DNA of 64,000 nucleotides from a virus. How positions within the stretch are numbered: the first letter of the stretch is position 1; every line of letters starts with the position of its first letter. The stretch is taken from positions 1-64,000 of the IMG/VR virus record IMGVR_UViG_3300045988_138690, one strand, 5' to 3'. The notes beneath the pieces are model-generated. The model saw nothing but the letters and a program-made list of their open reading frames with translations. It was not told where the DNA came from and made no database searches. This document shows, piece by piece, positions 6,635 through 15,289 of this stretch. Made by a program: the position numbers and the translations under genes.

Positions 6635-7051
6635 TTATTCATTATGTTTATGTCTATTGTATTTTTTCACAAATTCATGCCCGGATCTTAATGCGTCTGA
6701 TAGTTGTTTTAAATCACAATTGTCCTGTATTTCCATTGTGAATTTAGGGAATTTATTTCTTATTAGTAAAAGTCTGTCGTTTTCGTCATCTTGCCTGAAC
6801 TCGAATACAGGTGTAGGCATTGCAATTGAATACCAATGGGAAAACATATAGTTTCCCATCTCTGCCATTATATGAGCAAGTTTATTTGCACAATTATCAT
6901 CGGATGTAAATTTACTGTCTTCGAGCACAGAAATACGTTGCGTTTCGTTGAACTTGTGTTCTTCAAACTTGCACACTATCAAGTTATCCGTGTCAGTCAG
7001 GACCCACCAGTTTGGAAAGTCCCGGCTTTTTTCTAATTTAAATCTGTTCAT
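6635..7051 (-). CDS. hypothetical protein, cargo gene 2 of the second-recombinase cassette
   Basis: ORF track 138 aa. 2-nt spacer after 7054..7509. No motif recognised. Confidence 0.6.
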   Translation of the reverse strand: MNRFKLEKSRDFPNWWVLTDTDNLIVCKFEEHKFNETQRISVLEDSKFTSDDNCANKLAHIMAEMGNYMFSHWYSIAMPTPVFEFRQDDENDRLLLIRNKFPKFTMEIQDNCDLKQLSDALRSGHEFVKKYNRHKHNE

Positions 7052-7053
7052 TT

Positions 7054-7509
7054 CTATATTATAGTTACAAATGATTCATCAATATATTCATATCCTATAT
7101 ACTTCATTTGTGCCTTATCATTAGATCTGCACCACTTATGAAGCAAAACATTCATGTCATTGTTTATTTCTAATTCGAATTTATACTCCTTGCTTCGTTT
7201 AAATGGAAATTCCGTATATCCAGATAATAGCATGAAATCATTAATGGTTACCCCCGTGGAAAACCAGATAGTTTTACCGGACAATGAGGATGAACGAGAC
7301 AAACGGAATTTCTTCCCAAATATTTCAACTTCCATGCCATCAGGGTTTTCTGCAATAACTTTTTCTGCAATTTCGGTTCGGAATTTAAGGTTTGTGCCTG
7401 CATATCCTATATGCGATGTTGCTTTAGGGCAATTAATATACTTCGGATTAGATAAGTCTCTACGAATGTCTTTTGCTCCGTTAATTAAGGATGTGATTTG
7501 AGTTTTCAT
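7054..7509 (-). CDS. hypothetical protein, cargo gene 1 of the second-recombinase cassette
   Basis: ORF track 151 aa. Tightly coupled to 6635..7051. No motif recognised. Confidence 0.6.
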   Translation of the reverse strand: MKTQITSLINGAKDIRRDLSNPKYINCPKATSHIGYAGTNLKFRTEIAEKVIAENPDGMEVEIFGKKFRLSRSSSLSGKTIWFSTGVTINDFMLLSGYTEFPFKRSKEYKFELEINNDMNVLLHKWCRSNDKAQMKYIGYEYIDESFVTII

Positions 7510-7630
7510 AAAACAAACAGTTTTACGTGTGTCTCACGGCTGCACAACAGCTATTTTCTATATTGTAAATATACGTCTTATTTCTTTTTTAGCCAAATAA
7601 AGCTACAATTATTTTATGATCTTAAGGATA

Positions 7631-8563
7631 TTATTTAAAAAACTGTATGGCGTTTTTATCCAATTTGCCAATACCGCAACATATATACCCTTGGGTCATT
7701 TTTATATCTGAATGCCCCATTCTTTTGGAAATTTGAAGAATTGGCACGCCTAATTCCGCCAAGTTGGTAGCAAAACTTCTTCGGGCTGTATGGGACGCTA
7801 TGAATTTCCATTTTTCGCCCGTTTCATTCTTCCCCCTTCGGAATAGTTTTACCCTTTCGTTTATCCCTGCTTTCCGGCATATATCCCGTATGGTATCGTT
7901 AAAGCTGCTATCGGAATACCTTTTCTTTCCGGCTATCGGGAGTAATTTGTGTAAAACTGGTTTTGCTTCGATAGTTGTTGCCGTTTTCGTTTTCTTGCTG
8001 ACATAGTAAATATATCCGTTGCTTATGTTCTCATCCGTCATTTCCAATACATCCGAATGCCTTGCGCCCGTATAGCATCCGCACAGGAATTGCGCTAATA
8101 TTATTTTCTCTTTCTCGTTTTCCGGGCGGTAACTTTCCAATATTGACAACTCGTTTAAGTTAAGATATACGCTTATGGAAGGCGTGTTTTTTACGCTTAA
8201 TCTATCCTGATATCCAAGATAGGGTAAAGTAAATTCGTCCCGTGCATCGTTTAATACCGCCTTAATCATTGCAAAATAGGTTCTTCGTGAACTTTGCGCG
8301 CATCCTGAAAATACGGATGATAAGTTATCTATATTTGATTTGGTAAAATCTTTCCAATCTGGTATAAAGCCAAGGTTGTTTTTAATTTTGGCAATTATCC
8401 CGTAATATTTAGGGTATTTGAGAATAAACCGCCCGCAAAAGGTGTTTTTCCAGTTCTTTACTTCTGGAAGTCCAGGTAATAAAAGTAGCCTATTCATCCT
8501 TTCCATTCCTTCCCGGCTCATCTTGGAATTGAAAAGAAGCTTGTTTAATTCGTCCAGTTTCAT
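7631..8563 (-). CDS. second tyrosine recombinase, short Xer-like form without an obvious arm-binding domain
   Basis: GARHSDV ... HTARRSFATNLAELGVPILQISKRMGHSDIKMTQGYI carries the R ... H-x-x-R ... H ... Y residues. 310 aa. Confidence 0.85.
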   Translation of the reverse strand: MKLDELNKLLFNSKMSREGMERMNRLLLLPGLPEVKNWKNTFCGRFILKYPKYYGIIAKIKNNLGFIPDWKDFTKSNIDNLSSVFSGCAQSSRRTYFAMIKAVLNDARDEFTLPYLGYQDRLSVKNTPSISVYLNLNELSILESYRPENEKEKIILAQFLCGCYTGARHSDVLEMTDENISNGYIYYVSKKTKTATTIEAKPVLHKLLPIAGKKRYSDSSFNDTIRDICRKAGINERVKLFRRGKNETGEKWKFIASHTARRSFATNLAELGVPILQISKRMGHSDIKMTQGYICCGIGKLDKNAIQFFK

Positions 8564-8565
8564 GG

Positions 8566-8709
8566 CTATTTTTTTATTATGCCTTTCCTACACAAAATAA
8601 CCGTAACAACAACACACGCAGCCCATAAAAGAAGTATAAAGCCTATACTACCAGTTGCGCCACAACATAGTAAAAATATGAATATTAACCATAAAGTTAT
8701 ACCTAACAT
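8566..8709 (-). CDS. 47-aa hydrophobic peptide directly upstream of the second recombinase
   Basis: My translation is MLGITLWLIFIFLLCCGATGSIGFILLLWAACVVVTVILCRKGIIKK. GGAGGA lies 7 nt upstream of the ATG at 8709. The stop lies 2 nt before the recombinase ATG. Confidence 0.3.
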   Translation of the reverse strand: MLGITLWLIFIFLLCCGATGSIGFILLLWAACVVVTVILCRKGIIKK

Positions 8710-8892
8710 TACTTATTCCTCCTTATTTTAAATTATTCGTTTATTCTTTATCGCCTACCCGGCAGCCGTATTACTGTCGGGGCATTATAACATGAACGTT
8801 GGTCGAAACCTCAACGTGCGTCTATGCTAATTGTGGCAATATATCCTTAATTTATTCGGTTATTAATTCTATAAACTTGCTTATCATATATC

Positions 8893-9126
8893 TTATTTAA
8901 ATTCCACATTCAAACCGAAATTTGCAAAATGTCGATCGATGCAGTTCGTTATAAATTCTAATGCATCCGGGTAGCTTCTGTTATTGCAGCAACCGAAAGC
9001 CCCGAAGGAACCGCAAAAACGCCCTTTGTTGAAACTATCCTTTGAAATGGTTGCTATTACCTTGTTATCTATTTGAAAGGCTGTATTTTCGCCCTGCTGG
9101 TTTACTGTTACTATAATTGTTTGCAT
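8893..9126 (-). CDS. hypothetical protein
   Basis: ORF track 77 aa; last gene of the minus-strand early operon. Confidence 0.5.
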   Translation of the reverse strand: MQTIIVTVNQQGENTAFQIDNKVIATISKDSFNKGRFCGSFGAFGCCNNRSYPDALEFITNCIDRHFANFGLNVEFK

Positions 9127-9144
9127 GATTGTTTGTTTTAATAG

Positions 9145-9600
9145 TTAATTGCATTCTGTTATCAGTATGGGAGAATTTTCATAGTTCACATTCCCGTATA
9201 ACTCGCTTTCTATTTCTTTGCCTTTCTTTGGCTGGTAGTCCGTTCCTTGGACGTAGAAATTACCGTCAAATGGATATGCGTTAATATGTTTATGCGGTAT
9301 GTCAGTTGCGCACATTCCAGCCCAATAAGGGTATCTAAATAGTTTACCGTCTTTGTCCCTTGCGATATAGAATTTTGCCAGATCTTTCTTATTATCGAAA
9401 AATACGGTTTTCTCGTTGATAGGCTCGTATTTGTCATTTATAGCGGATAAAGTATAAATCATTCCGCTAACCTTTACCCCGTTCAAATTGCAGCCTTTAA
9501 TAAGTCTTTCCGTCTCTTTACTTGCTGCTTCCATCGTTGTGAAAATGCAAGTATATAAGTTTTGACCTTTGCCCAAATAGGCGCGTACTTCGTAAATCAT
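9145..9600 (-). CDS. hypothetical protein
   Basis: ORF track 151 aa; the overlapping ORF 9210..9437 in another frame is judged spurious. Confidence 0.6.
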   Translation of the reverse strand: MIYEVRAYLGKGQNLYTCIFTTMEAASKETERLIKGCNLNGVKVSGMIYTLSAINDKYEPINEKTVFFDNKKDLAKFYIARDKDGKLFRYPYWAGMCATDIPHKHINAYPFDGNFYVQGTDYQPKKGKEIESELYGNVNYENSPILITECN

Positions 9601-9676
9601 TGTTTTGTTTTTTAGTTAGTAATAGTTCCCGGCGGCGGTGTCGCTCCGCTTGTTGTCCTCCACGCCGGGATAATTA

Positions 9677-9865
9677 TTAAGCCTTGAATATAACAAGGTA
9701 TTCCCCACCTCTTTTGCCTATGTGTGTATGTTCGTAACGCCCTTTTTTGGCATTGTAATAAAATTCTCCGGTAACGTTATATTCCACGCCGTTAACCTCG
9801 TAAACCATACAACTATGATTATTATTCATTCCTATCGCTTTTATTGCCTTCATATCTTTATTCAT
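9677..9865 (-). CDS. hypothetical protein
   Basis: ORF track 62 aa. Confidence 0.5.
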   Translation of the reverse strand: MNKDMKAIKAIGMNNNHSCMVYEVNGVEYNVTGEFYYNAKKGRYEHTHIGKRGGEYLVIFKA

Positions 9866-9956
9866 TTTCTTCGTTTACAAATTCCTTGATTTTCTCTATA
9901 TCGGTGCAGCTGATGAACAACACGGAACCGAATAACAGTAACATAACGCCGAACAT
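9858..9956 (-). CDS. 32-aa putative mini-lipoprotein
   Basis: My translation is MFGVMLLLFGSVLFISCTDIEKIKEFVNEENE, a signal-like segment ending in a lipobox-like ISC. It overlaps the next start by 8 nt. Confidence 0.3.
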   Translation of the reverse strand: MFGVMLLLFGSVLFISCTDIEKIKEFVNEENE

Positions 9957-9969
9957 ATTATAAGCTGTT

Positions 9970-10305
9970 TTATCCGTTATTAACTGATTTGTACAATTCA
10001 CGCGCAAATCGTTTAATCATTCTTTTGCGCTGAGTATAATTGTAACTATAATATAGTTTTTCCCATCGTTCGCACACTTTGCGCGCTTTTTCGTTGCTCG
10101 TTCCGAATGGAGCGTAACCGGTGCAGATAGCTATATTATTATACGGTTCGGGTAATTCGTATATATCAGCCGCCCAACCTTCTAAACGTTCGGTATGCCC
10201 TATCTTTGTAAGGTAGTTTACTATACTCTGTATTTCGCAATAACCTAATGATATTACATTTTCTTTTCCGTAAATGCGATATATTTCTTTTCTTGTTGTC
10301 TTCAT
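9970..10305 (-). CDS. hypothetical protein
   Basis: ORF track 111 aa. Confidence 0.55.
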   Translation of the reverse strand: MKTTRKEIYRIYGKENVISLGYCEIQSIVNYLTKIGHTERLEGWAADIYELPEPYNNIAICTGYAPFGTSNEKARKVCERWEKLYYSYNYTQRKRMIKRFARELYKSVNNG

Positions 10306-10370
10306 AACATTGTTATTTTAGTGTGGATAAATGATTTTGATGTAGTAGGGGCTAACAAGCCCCGTTATTA

Positions 10371-10766
10371 TCAGCCTATAATATAGGGTTCTTTCATTGG
10401 TATGTATTCCATGCCATTAAGTTGGTAGATAGGAAGGAAGTTTCTAAACCAACCGTTACCGGCATCATAAAGACCTTTAAAAACAAAATCACAAGGAGAA
10501 GCACTATTAATTATTTTAAGATCTCTATATCCAAAAACGTTACTTTCTCCGTTCTTCTTGATGAACTTCTTTAACCACTTCAAGCCCTGTTTGCCTTGTT
10601 CCTCTGTCAAGGGAATACCGTAACCGTCTCCGATACTTTCCAGCCAATCATAATTGATAACGTCTTTCTGTTCTCTGTTTGAACGGTTCTTTAATAGCTG
10701 TAATTGCTGTTTAGTGATTACACCGGCTTCTTTAATCTCTGAAAAGATACCTTCTAATGTCTTCAT
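10371..10766 (-). CDS. hypothetical protein (start moved to MKTLEGIF)
   Basis: The track ORF 10371..10892 has an improbable N-terminal extension that runs through the G8 hairpin. An internal ATG lies at 10766. Confidence 0.55.
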   Translation of the reverse strand: MKTLEGIFSEIKEAGVITKQQLQLLKNRSNREQKDVINYDWLESIGDGYGIPLTEEQGKQGLKWLKKFIKKNGESNVFGYRDLKIINSASPCDFVFKGLYDAGNGWFRNFLPIYQLNGMEYIPMKEPYIIG

Positions 10767-10848
10767 AACTGTAATATTTAAATGTTTATAATTCAACTTT
10801 ATTACAGCGTTTAATTTTATTGGCGGATAATTTGGAAGTTTAAACCAA

Positions 10849-10889
10849 GATAAGTACCTTTGTTCCTGATTACGGGGGGGGTACTTATC
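10849..10889. repeat. perfect 10-bp inverted repeat with a G8 homopolymer at the loop/stem junction
   Basis: GATAAGTACC 10849-10858 and GGTACTTATC 10880-10889. The G8 tract is at 10874-10881. Confidence 0.8.
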
Positions 10890-10892
10890 CAA

Positions 10893-11685
10893 GTTATTCC
10901 CTTTCTTGAACCTGTTAGCATTGCCAGTGTTAGCAGGTTCTTTTTATCTCATCATAAAAACAACGCTTACAAGAATGTTATAACGCGCTTATTATTAGTG
11001 GTATATATAAACTTATTAAATCAATACTTTATAATATCATATTAAATAACTGTATTACAGGAATATATAATATTATTAGCATAGGTTTAATAAGGGAATA
11101 TTTTATCCCTTTCTTGTACTACAAAGATAATAAAGACTTATCAGATATGCAAATATTTTACTATAATATTCACTGTATTATTAAATATATTTCTATGTTA
11201 TGAAACATATGCTTTTTATGATCGGATTTTGGATGAAGTATTTGTAACACATTGATACACATTGATTTATTATGCATATATCAAAATATTATTAGTATAA
11301 TATTTAATATACCCACCCCCCCCGATATTACATATGTAAATATTTAGTCATTCATTACTGCTCAAAATTTTTATTTTATTTTTTTATTTTCCTCCACTTT
11401 CCATTAGTCTATTTGCCTGCTTTTGCCCCTTTGCATTCCCGTTGTTTTTATATTTTTCCGATGTATTATTATCCTTCATTCTCTGTAGTTTAATTATTGT
11501 ATACTACACTTTATATTCTATTGAGATAAAATATATTATGAATTATATTGTATGATATGTATAAAATCTATATATTTGTAGAAAATATACTATGTATATG
11601 TGAATATATATTCTATAGAGCGTCCTGTTTTATACATATTATCAATTTGTTGTAATATAAATAACTGATATACAAATATTTGCTT
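10893..11685. promoter_or_regulatory. AT-rich intergenic region, candidate replication origin plus divergent early promoters
   Basis: About 790 nt without a credible ORF, next to the primase-helicase gene. Short direct repeats (ACACATTGAT twice around 11246-11265; TATATTCTAT around 11512 and 11608). A pyrimidine-rich strand-asymmetric run around 11370-11480. A minus-strand -7 box, CAAAGATA, at 11122-11129. Confidence 0.3.
11316..11323. repeat. C8 homopolymer
   Basis: CACCCCCCCCGA, read directly; one of three 8-nt G/C tracts in an otherwise AT-rich window. Confidence 0.9.
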
Positions 11686-13182
11686 ATGAATAGTTATTAT
11701 GACCGCATATTGCATTTGATCATCACTAATTTATGCACCCTTTCCGATGACGGGTTATTTGCCCGTTCATGCTCTGGTAATGATTATGCCGAAGCTTCCA
11801 TGAATATCAAGGGTCTTGTGTTCAATGTCATGGCATCAAGTGATTTTCGTTATGTACATGGATGTTATTACCTGTTTACCGGGGAGATTTACGAGCCTGT
11901 CAATCCCGAACTTATAGGGAAGGCTGTCGAGGAGTGGTTAATACGGATGCGTGTCAGCAGTAAGGTTCTTCATTACTCCAGCAAGAAGTTCCAGGATGAA
12001 GCCAGGCTTTCTATCCGTATAAACAATCCTTTTTGTCCGGTATTCCATATCAAGGCTTACAAGAACGGTGTTGTGGATTTTACGGATGGCATCCTCCGTT
12101 CTTTTGACGCCAAGTACCATGTGATATACAAGCATCCGTATAATTACGATCCTTCTGCCAGATGTCCTATGTGGCAGTCTTTCCTTAAAACCGTATTGCC
12201 TGAACGTGACAGCAGGCTCATATTGCAGATGTATCTTGGCCTATGCACTTACGACCGTGGGAAAATGGTTGACAAGGTTGAAAACTGCCTTATGCTTTTC
12301 GGCACGGGAAGCAATGGGAAGTCTGTTATTTATGACACCATCACGGGTATATTTGGCAGGGAAAACGTTTCATCTATGGGATTGTTATCCCTTATCAAGG
12401 GAGGTGATGAAAGGTTGAGGAATATAGCCCGTATAGACGGGAAGTTGGTTAACATGTGTCCAGAGATACAGGCAAGGGATATTTCCGGGTATGAGGACGC
12501 TTTCAAGACGCTCTGTTCCGGTGAGATGGTATATGGCAGGAATATAGGAGGCAATGTATACGAGGTGAGGAATGTACCTTGGATGATATTCAATATGAAC
12601 AACCTTCCTAAGGCTTCCGATACTAGCTACGGGTATTTCAGGCGTTTCCTGTATGTTATGTTTGAGAATGTAATACCTGAGGAAATGCAGAACAAGCACC
12701 TTGCGGAGGATTTGAAGCAGGAATATCCGGGGATACTTAACTGGATAATAAGGGGTGGCAAATATTTGAAACAGAGGAAATTCGTATTCCCTAAAAGCGA
12801 AAACAGCGAGAAGCAGAAGCTTGTCGTTATGGGTGAAAGCAACATAACTTTTTCTTGGGCGTTTGCGCGCGGGGTAAGACCTTCCGCCAATACGAAAGGG
12901 GAACTGTTCACATGGATAAGGGCTTCTGACATGTATGACGACATGGTACGCTATGCGGAAGCAAACGGTTTTGAAAGTGTGAGTACTCAGGACTTCGGGC
13001 GGCAGCTCACTAAACTTGGGTTTGGCAAGATGAACAGGAGACGGGACTCAAGGGGTATCATATACAAGGTATTCGGATGTAACGAGGAGGAATTGAAGAC
13101 CCCTGTCCCTATTGTAGCAGACATGGATATGGACTTTGACGGGTATAACGGGGACGTGGAGTATGATGCGGAGGATATGTAG
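11686..13182 (+). CDS. DNA primase/helicase, P4/D5-family SF3 NTPase
   Basis: Walker A in CLMLFGTGSNGKSVIYD with the surrounding layout of phage/plasmid primase P4-family C-terminal domains. ATG at 11686. Confidence 0.75.
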   Translation: MNSYYDRILHLIITNLCTLSDDGLFARSCSGNDYAEASMNIKGLVFNVMASSDFRYVHGCYYLFTGEIYEPVNPELIGKAVEEWLIRMRVSSKVLHYSSKKFQDEARLSIRINNPFCPVFHIKAYKNGVVDFTDGILRSFDAKYHVIYKHPYNYDPSARCPMWQSFLKTVLPERDSRLILQMYLGLCTYDRGKMVDKVENCLMLFGTGSNGKSVIYDTITGIFGRENVSSMGLLSLIKGGDERLRNIARIDGKLVNMCPEIQARDISGYEDAFKTLCSGEMVYGRNIGGNVYEVRNVPWMIFNMNNLPKASDTSYGYFRRFLYVMFENVIPEEMQNKHLAEDLKQEYPGILNWIIRGGKYLKQRKFVFPKSENSEKQKLVVMGESNITFSWAFARGVRPSANTKGELFTWIRASDMYDDMVRYAEANGFESVSTQDFGRQLTKLGFGKMNRRRDSRGIIYKVFGCNEEELKTPVPIVADMDMDFDGYNGDVEYDAEDM

Positions 13183-13363
13183 GATTTTTTAATATTCCGG
13201 TATGGTGGAACAATGAGAGACACTAAAGATAGTCGGAACAACAGAAAACCGTTGAGTTCTTCAAAAGCGTTGAAATTCGATAAGCAGAGCGTGCAGGTGC
13301 AAGTCCTGCTACCGGAATAAATCATTTTATTATAGATATGTAAGACTCTTAAATAGACAAGAT

Positions 13364-13726
13364 ATGATAGTTCCAATAGATGATATGACTTTTAAAGAAA
13401 GCGAATATAATAGAGGTGGTAAAATTTGGAAAGCTTCTACATTATATGATTTTGCTAAGGCAAGGGAATATCCGGTTATGGATATGCCTATGTGGAATAT
13501 AGATTTGACTATTGAACCTTTTGAGTGTAGTCAAATTCATAGCTTTATCTTTCAAATGAAAAGGGTGAGTGAATGTTCGCTTGATTATCCTATTATTTTG
13601 GATGAAGTGGGACAGATTGCTGACGGTTATCATAGGCTTTGCAAAGCTATATTGGAAGGGAAAGAGACAATAAAAGCTATCAGGCTGTTAGAAATGCCAG
13701 CACCGGATAGGATTGAAGAACAATAA
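13364..13726 (+). CDS. ParB N-terminal (ParB/sulfiredoxin-like nuclease) domain protein
   Basis: PIILDEVGQIADGYHRLCKAILEG matches the ParB-N DGxHR core motif. Confidence 0.5.
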   Translation: MIVPIDDMTFKESEYNRGGKIWKASTLYDFAKAREYPVMDMPMWNIDLTIEPFECSQIHSFIFQMKRVSECSLDYPIILDEVGQIADGYHRLCKAILEGKETIKAIRLLEMPAPDRIEEQ

Positions 13727-13737
13727 AATATTAAATT

Positions 13738-14148
13738 ATGAAAGACGGAGAAAAGTTACAGATTGGCAACTGGATTGCCGAAAAGGTAGAAATGGATGGT
13801 GTGGACTTCATGGAAGTGCGCACGACGGATGGTGGCTTTAGGATTATGTACCGCATGGACTGCATGATGTACATGGCTATAGACTCTGTGAGCATGAAGG
13901 AAAAGGAGGCGATACAAGTACTACTAAATAATGTTCTTGCGACCGCCAATTTGTTAGATGCGGGGTTTCAACATGATGTGATGATAGCCATTGGAAAAGT
14001 ACTCGATCGGGTAAAATCTAAGCCTGTCAGTGACGAGGAAGATGCCAAGATACTTGCGGAGGAACGGGCGAAGTATGAGATAAAAAAGGAAATGGAGGAA
14101 GAAGATGGGGGAAATAGAGAAGGCGAAAGTCCTGAAAGCGGAGATTGA
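13738..14148 (+). CDS. hypothetical protein with an acidic C-terminus
   Basis: ORF track 136 aa. Confidence 0.55.
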   Translation: MKDGEKLQIGNWIAEKVEMDGVDFMEVRTTDGGFRIMYRMDCMMYMAIDSVSMKEKEAIQVLLNNVLATANLLDAGFQHDVMIAIGKVLDRVKSKPVSDEEDAKILAEERAKYEIKKEMEEEDGGNREGESPESGD

Positions 14149-14296
14149 GAAGGACATCTCCGGTATGTTGGCTACTTATGAGAGAAATACGGGGCTTGTG
14201 GTGGGTGATATAGGGTTTGTTAGGCAGTCTGTCTTCGATGATATGGGAAATGAAATTAGCTTTCGGTATGTAGTGGAGATGACGGTTAAACTATGA
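14105..14296 (+). CDS. hypothetical protein (alternative start at 14165)
   Basis: ORF track 63 aa. The 44-nt overlap with the upstream gene disappears if the internal ATG at 14165 is used. Confidence 0.45.
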   Translation: MGEIEKAKVLKAEIEKDISGMLATYERNTGLVVGDIGFVRQSVFDDMGNEISFRYVVEMTVKL

Positions 14297-14303
14297 AAGT
14301 GAA

Positions 14304-14637
14304 ATGAAACGGATAAGACTGTCTAAGGAAGAAAAAGAGGTGTTTAGGATGGTATCAAAATTTGGTGGGGAATGTCCTTCCACTTATCCTGCTCACGTAT
14401 TTAATGCTTGTATAAGTTCTCTTGAAAGGAAAGGTCTTGTAAAGGCTCATTTCGTAAGAGGCGGAAGGTTGTATGGAGAGCAAAACTTACAGAGGAAGGC
14501 AAACACTATATATGCTCAAATCCTAATTTAGCAAATCCCATTGATATTAAAATGGTTGTATTTTCATTTCTATAACAGCGGCCGTGATTGCTTTAGTGAC
14601 TCTGTTTGTTGGATGTTCGGCTGTTTTAAGACAATAG
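14304..14637 (+). pseudogene. winged-helix-like protein with a C-terminal TM helix, broken into three frames by two apparent -1 shifts
   Basis: Frame A runs 14304-14531. The -1 frame is open 14426-14575 (KVVWRAKLTEEGKHYICSNPNLANPIDIK). A further -1 frame is open 14551-14637 (FISITAAVIALVTLFVGCSAVLRQ). The junctions fall at GGAAGG around 14463-14468 and at T4 14561-14564. Confidence 0.4.
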
Positions 14638-14662
14638 TCAGTTTTTATATCATGAAATAAAA

Positions 14663-14694
14663 GGGCACGGGAGTATTCTATGTACGCCGTGCCC
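14663..14694. terminator. hairpin between convergent gene blocks, probable bidirectional terminator
   Basis: GGGCACGG 14663-14670 pairs with CCGTGCCC 14687-14694; flanked by A/T-rich runs. Confidence 0.5.
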
Positions 14695-14720
14695 CTAAAC
14701 TTTTTCCGGTTACGGATAAG

Positions 14721-15272
14721 CTATTCTTCATTTTCATCTTCTACTTTGGGAAGGGATTTTTTGCGTGCTTTGATGTATAGGGAGCATGATTTACAGGAAA
14801 TCGGTAGATAGAAATGGACGGTGTTATCCTCTTCTATTGTTTCTTCTTTTTTCATTTGCTGGAGATCGGCTATTTTCATAAGGACATCGGCGCGTTCTTT
14901 TCCTTTTAGGTCTTTGACTGTGGCGGCAAGGGCATTTAGCACCTCGTCCTTGTCCCGGAACTTCCCGGTAAAGTCGTCTTCGGTTTCTTCTTTATCGTCT
15001 TTATCACACGAGGTCGGTATTTTCTTGAAACGTCCCAAGCGGATTGCCTTCTGCTTGGACTGCATATATGTAAGGATATTGGGATCATTTATGATCTTAT
15101 CTATCTGCTCCTTGTTCCACTCATCGCTTAATGTGGGTTTGTATTGTCCGGTAGCTATAAACGCTTCGGTTGCATCCCAGCCCATCATTATCATATCTGC
15201 CATTGCACGTTCCAATACGGATATGTCATACCGCTTGGTTTCATTAGTAAATCGCTTTGAATATTTAAGCAT
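14721..15272 (-). CDS. hypothetical protein; weak resemblance to small terminase/DNA-binding proteins
   Basis: N-terminal MMGWDATEAFIATGQYKP...IINDPNILTYMQSKQ resembles the Terminase_2 pattern. However, the gene sits downstream of the MuF-like gene, not upstream of terL. Confidence 0.3.
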   Translation of the reverse strand: MLKYSKRFTNETKRYDISVLERAMADMIMMGWDATEAFIATGQYKPTLSDEWNKEQIDKIINDPNILTYMQSKQKAIRLGRFKKIPTSCDKDDKEETEDDFTGKFRDKDEVLNALAATVKDLKGKERADVLMKIADLQQMKKEETIEEDNTVHFYLPISCKSCSLYIKARKKSLPKVEDENEE

Positions 15273-15289
15273 ATTTTCTTGTTTTTAGG

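Noticed and set aside
6590-8892. Invertible segment controlled by the second tyrosine recombinase
   Set aside because: By eye I found no matching inverted repeats flanking this block or the fibre and promoter regions. This would need a computational inverted-repeat search and long-read evidence, so it is left as an open possibility under the cassette finding.
10767-10892. N-terminal 42-aa extension of ORF 10371..10892
   Set aside because: The extension is Pro/Asn/Lys-rich and runs through the G8 tract and the 10-bp inverted repeat. The internal Met (MKTLEGIF) gives a normal start.
13194-13320. tRNA-like element: a 9-bp closing stem (TTCCGGTA / TACCGGAA) with a T-arm-like hairpin (GCAGG-TGCAAGT-CCTGC) abutting the 3' strand
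   Set aside because: The enclosed segment is about 105 nt, far too long for a tRNA. It has no D-arm or anticodon arm of proper size, and the T-loop lacks the TTC core. A 35-codon ORF (ATG at 13211) also fits the region. It is more likely a structured intergenic element or a tiny gene than a tRNA.
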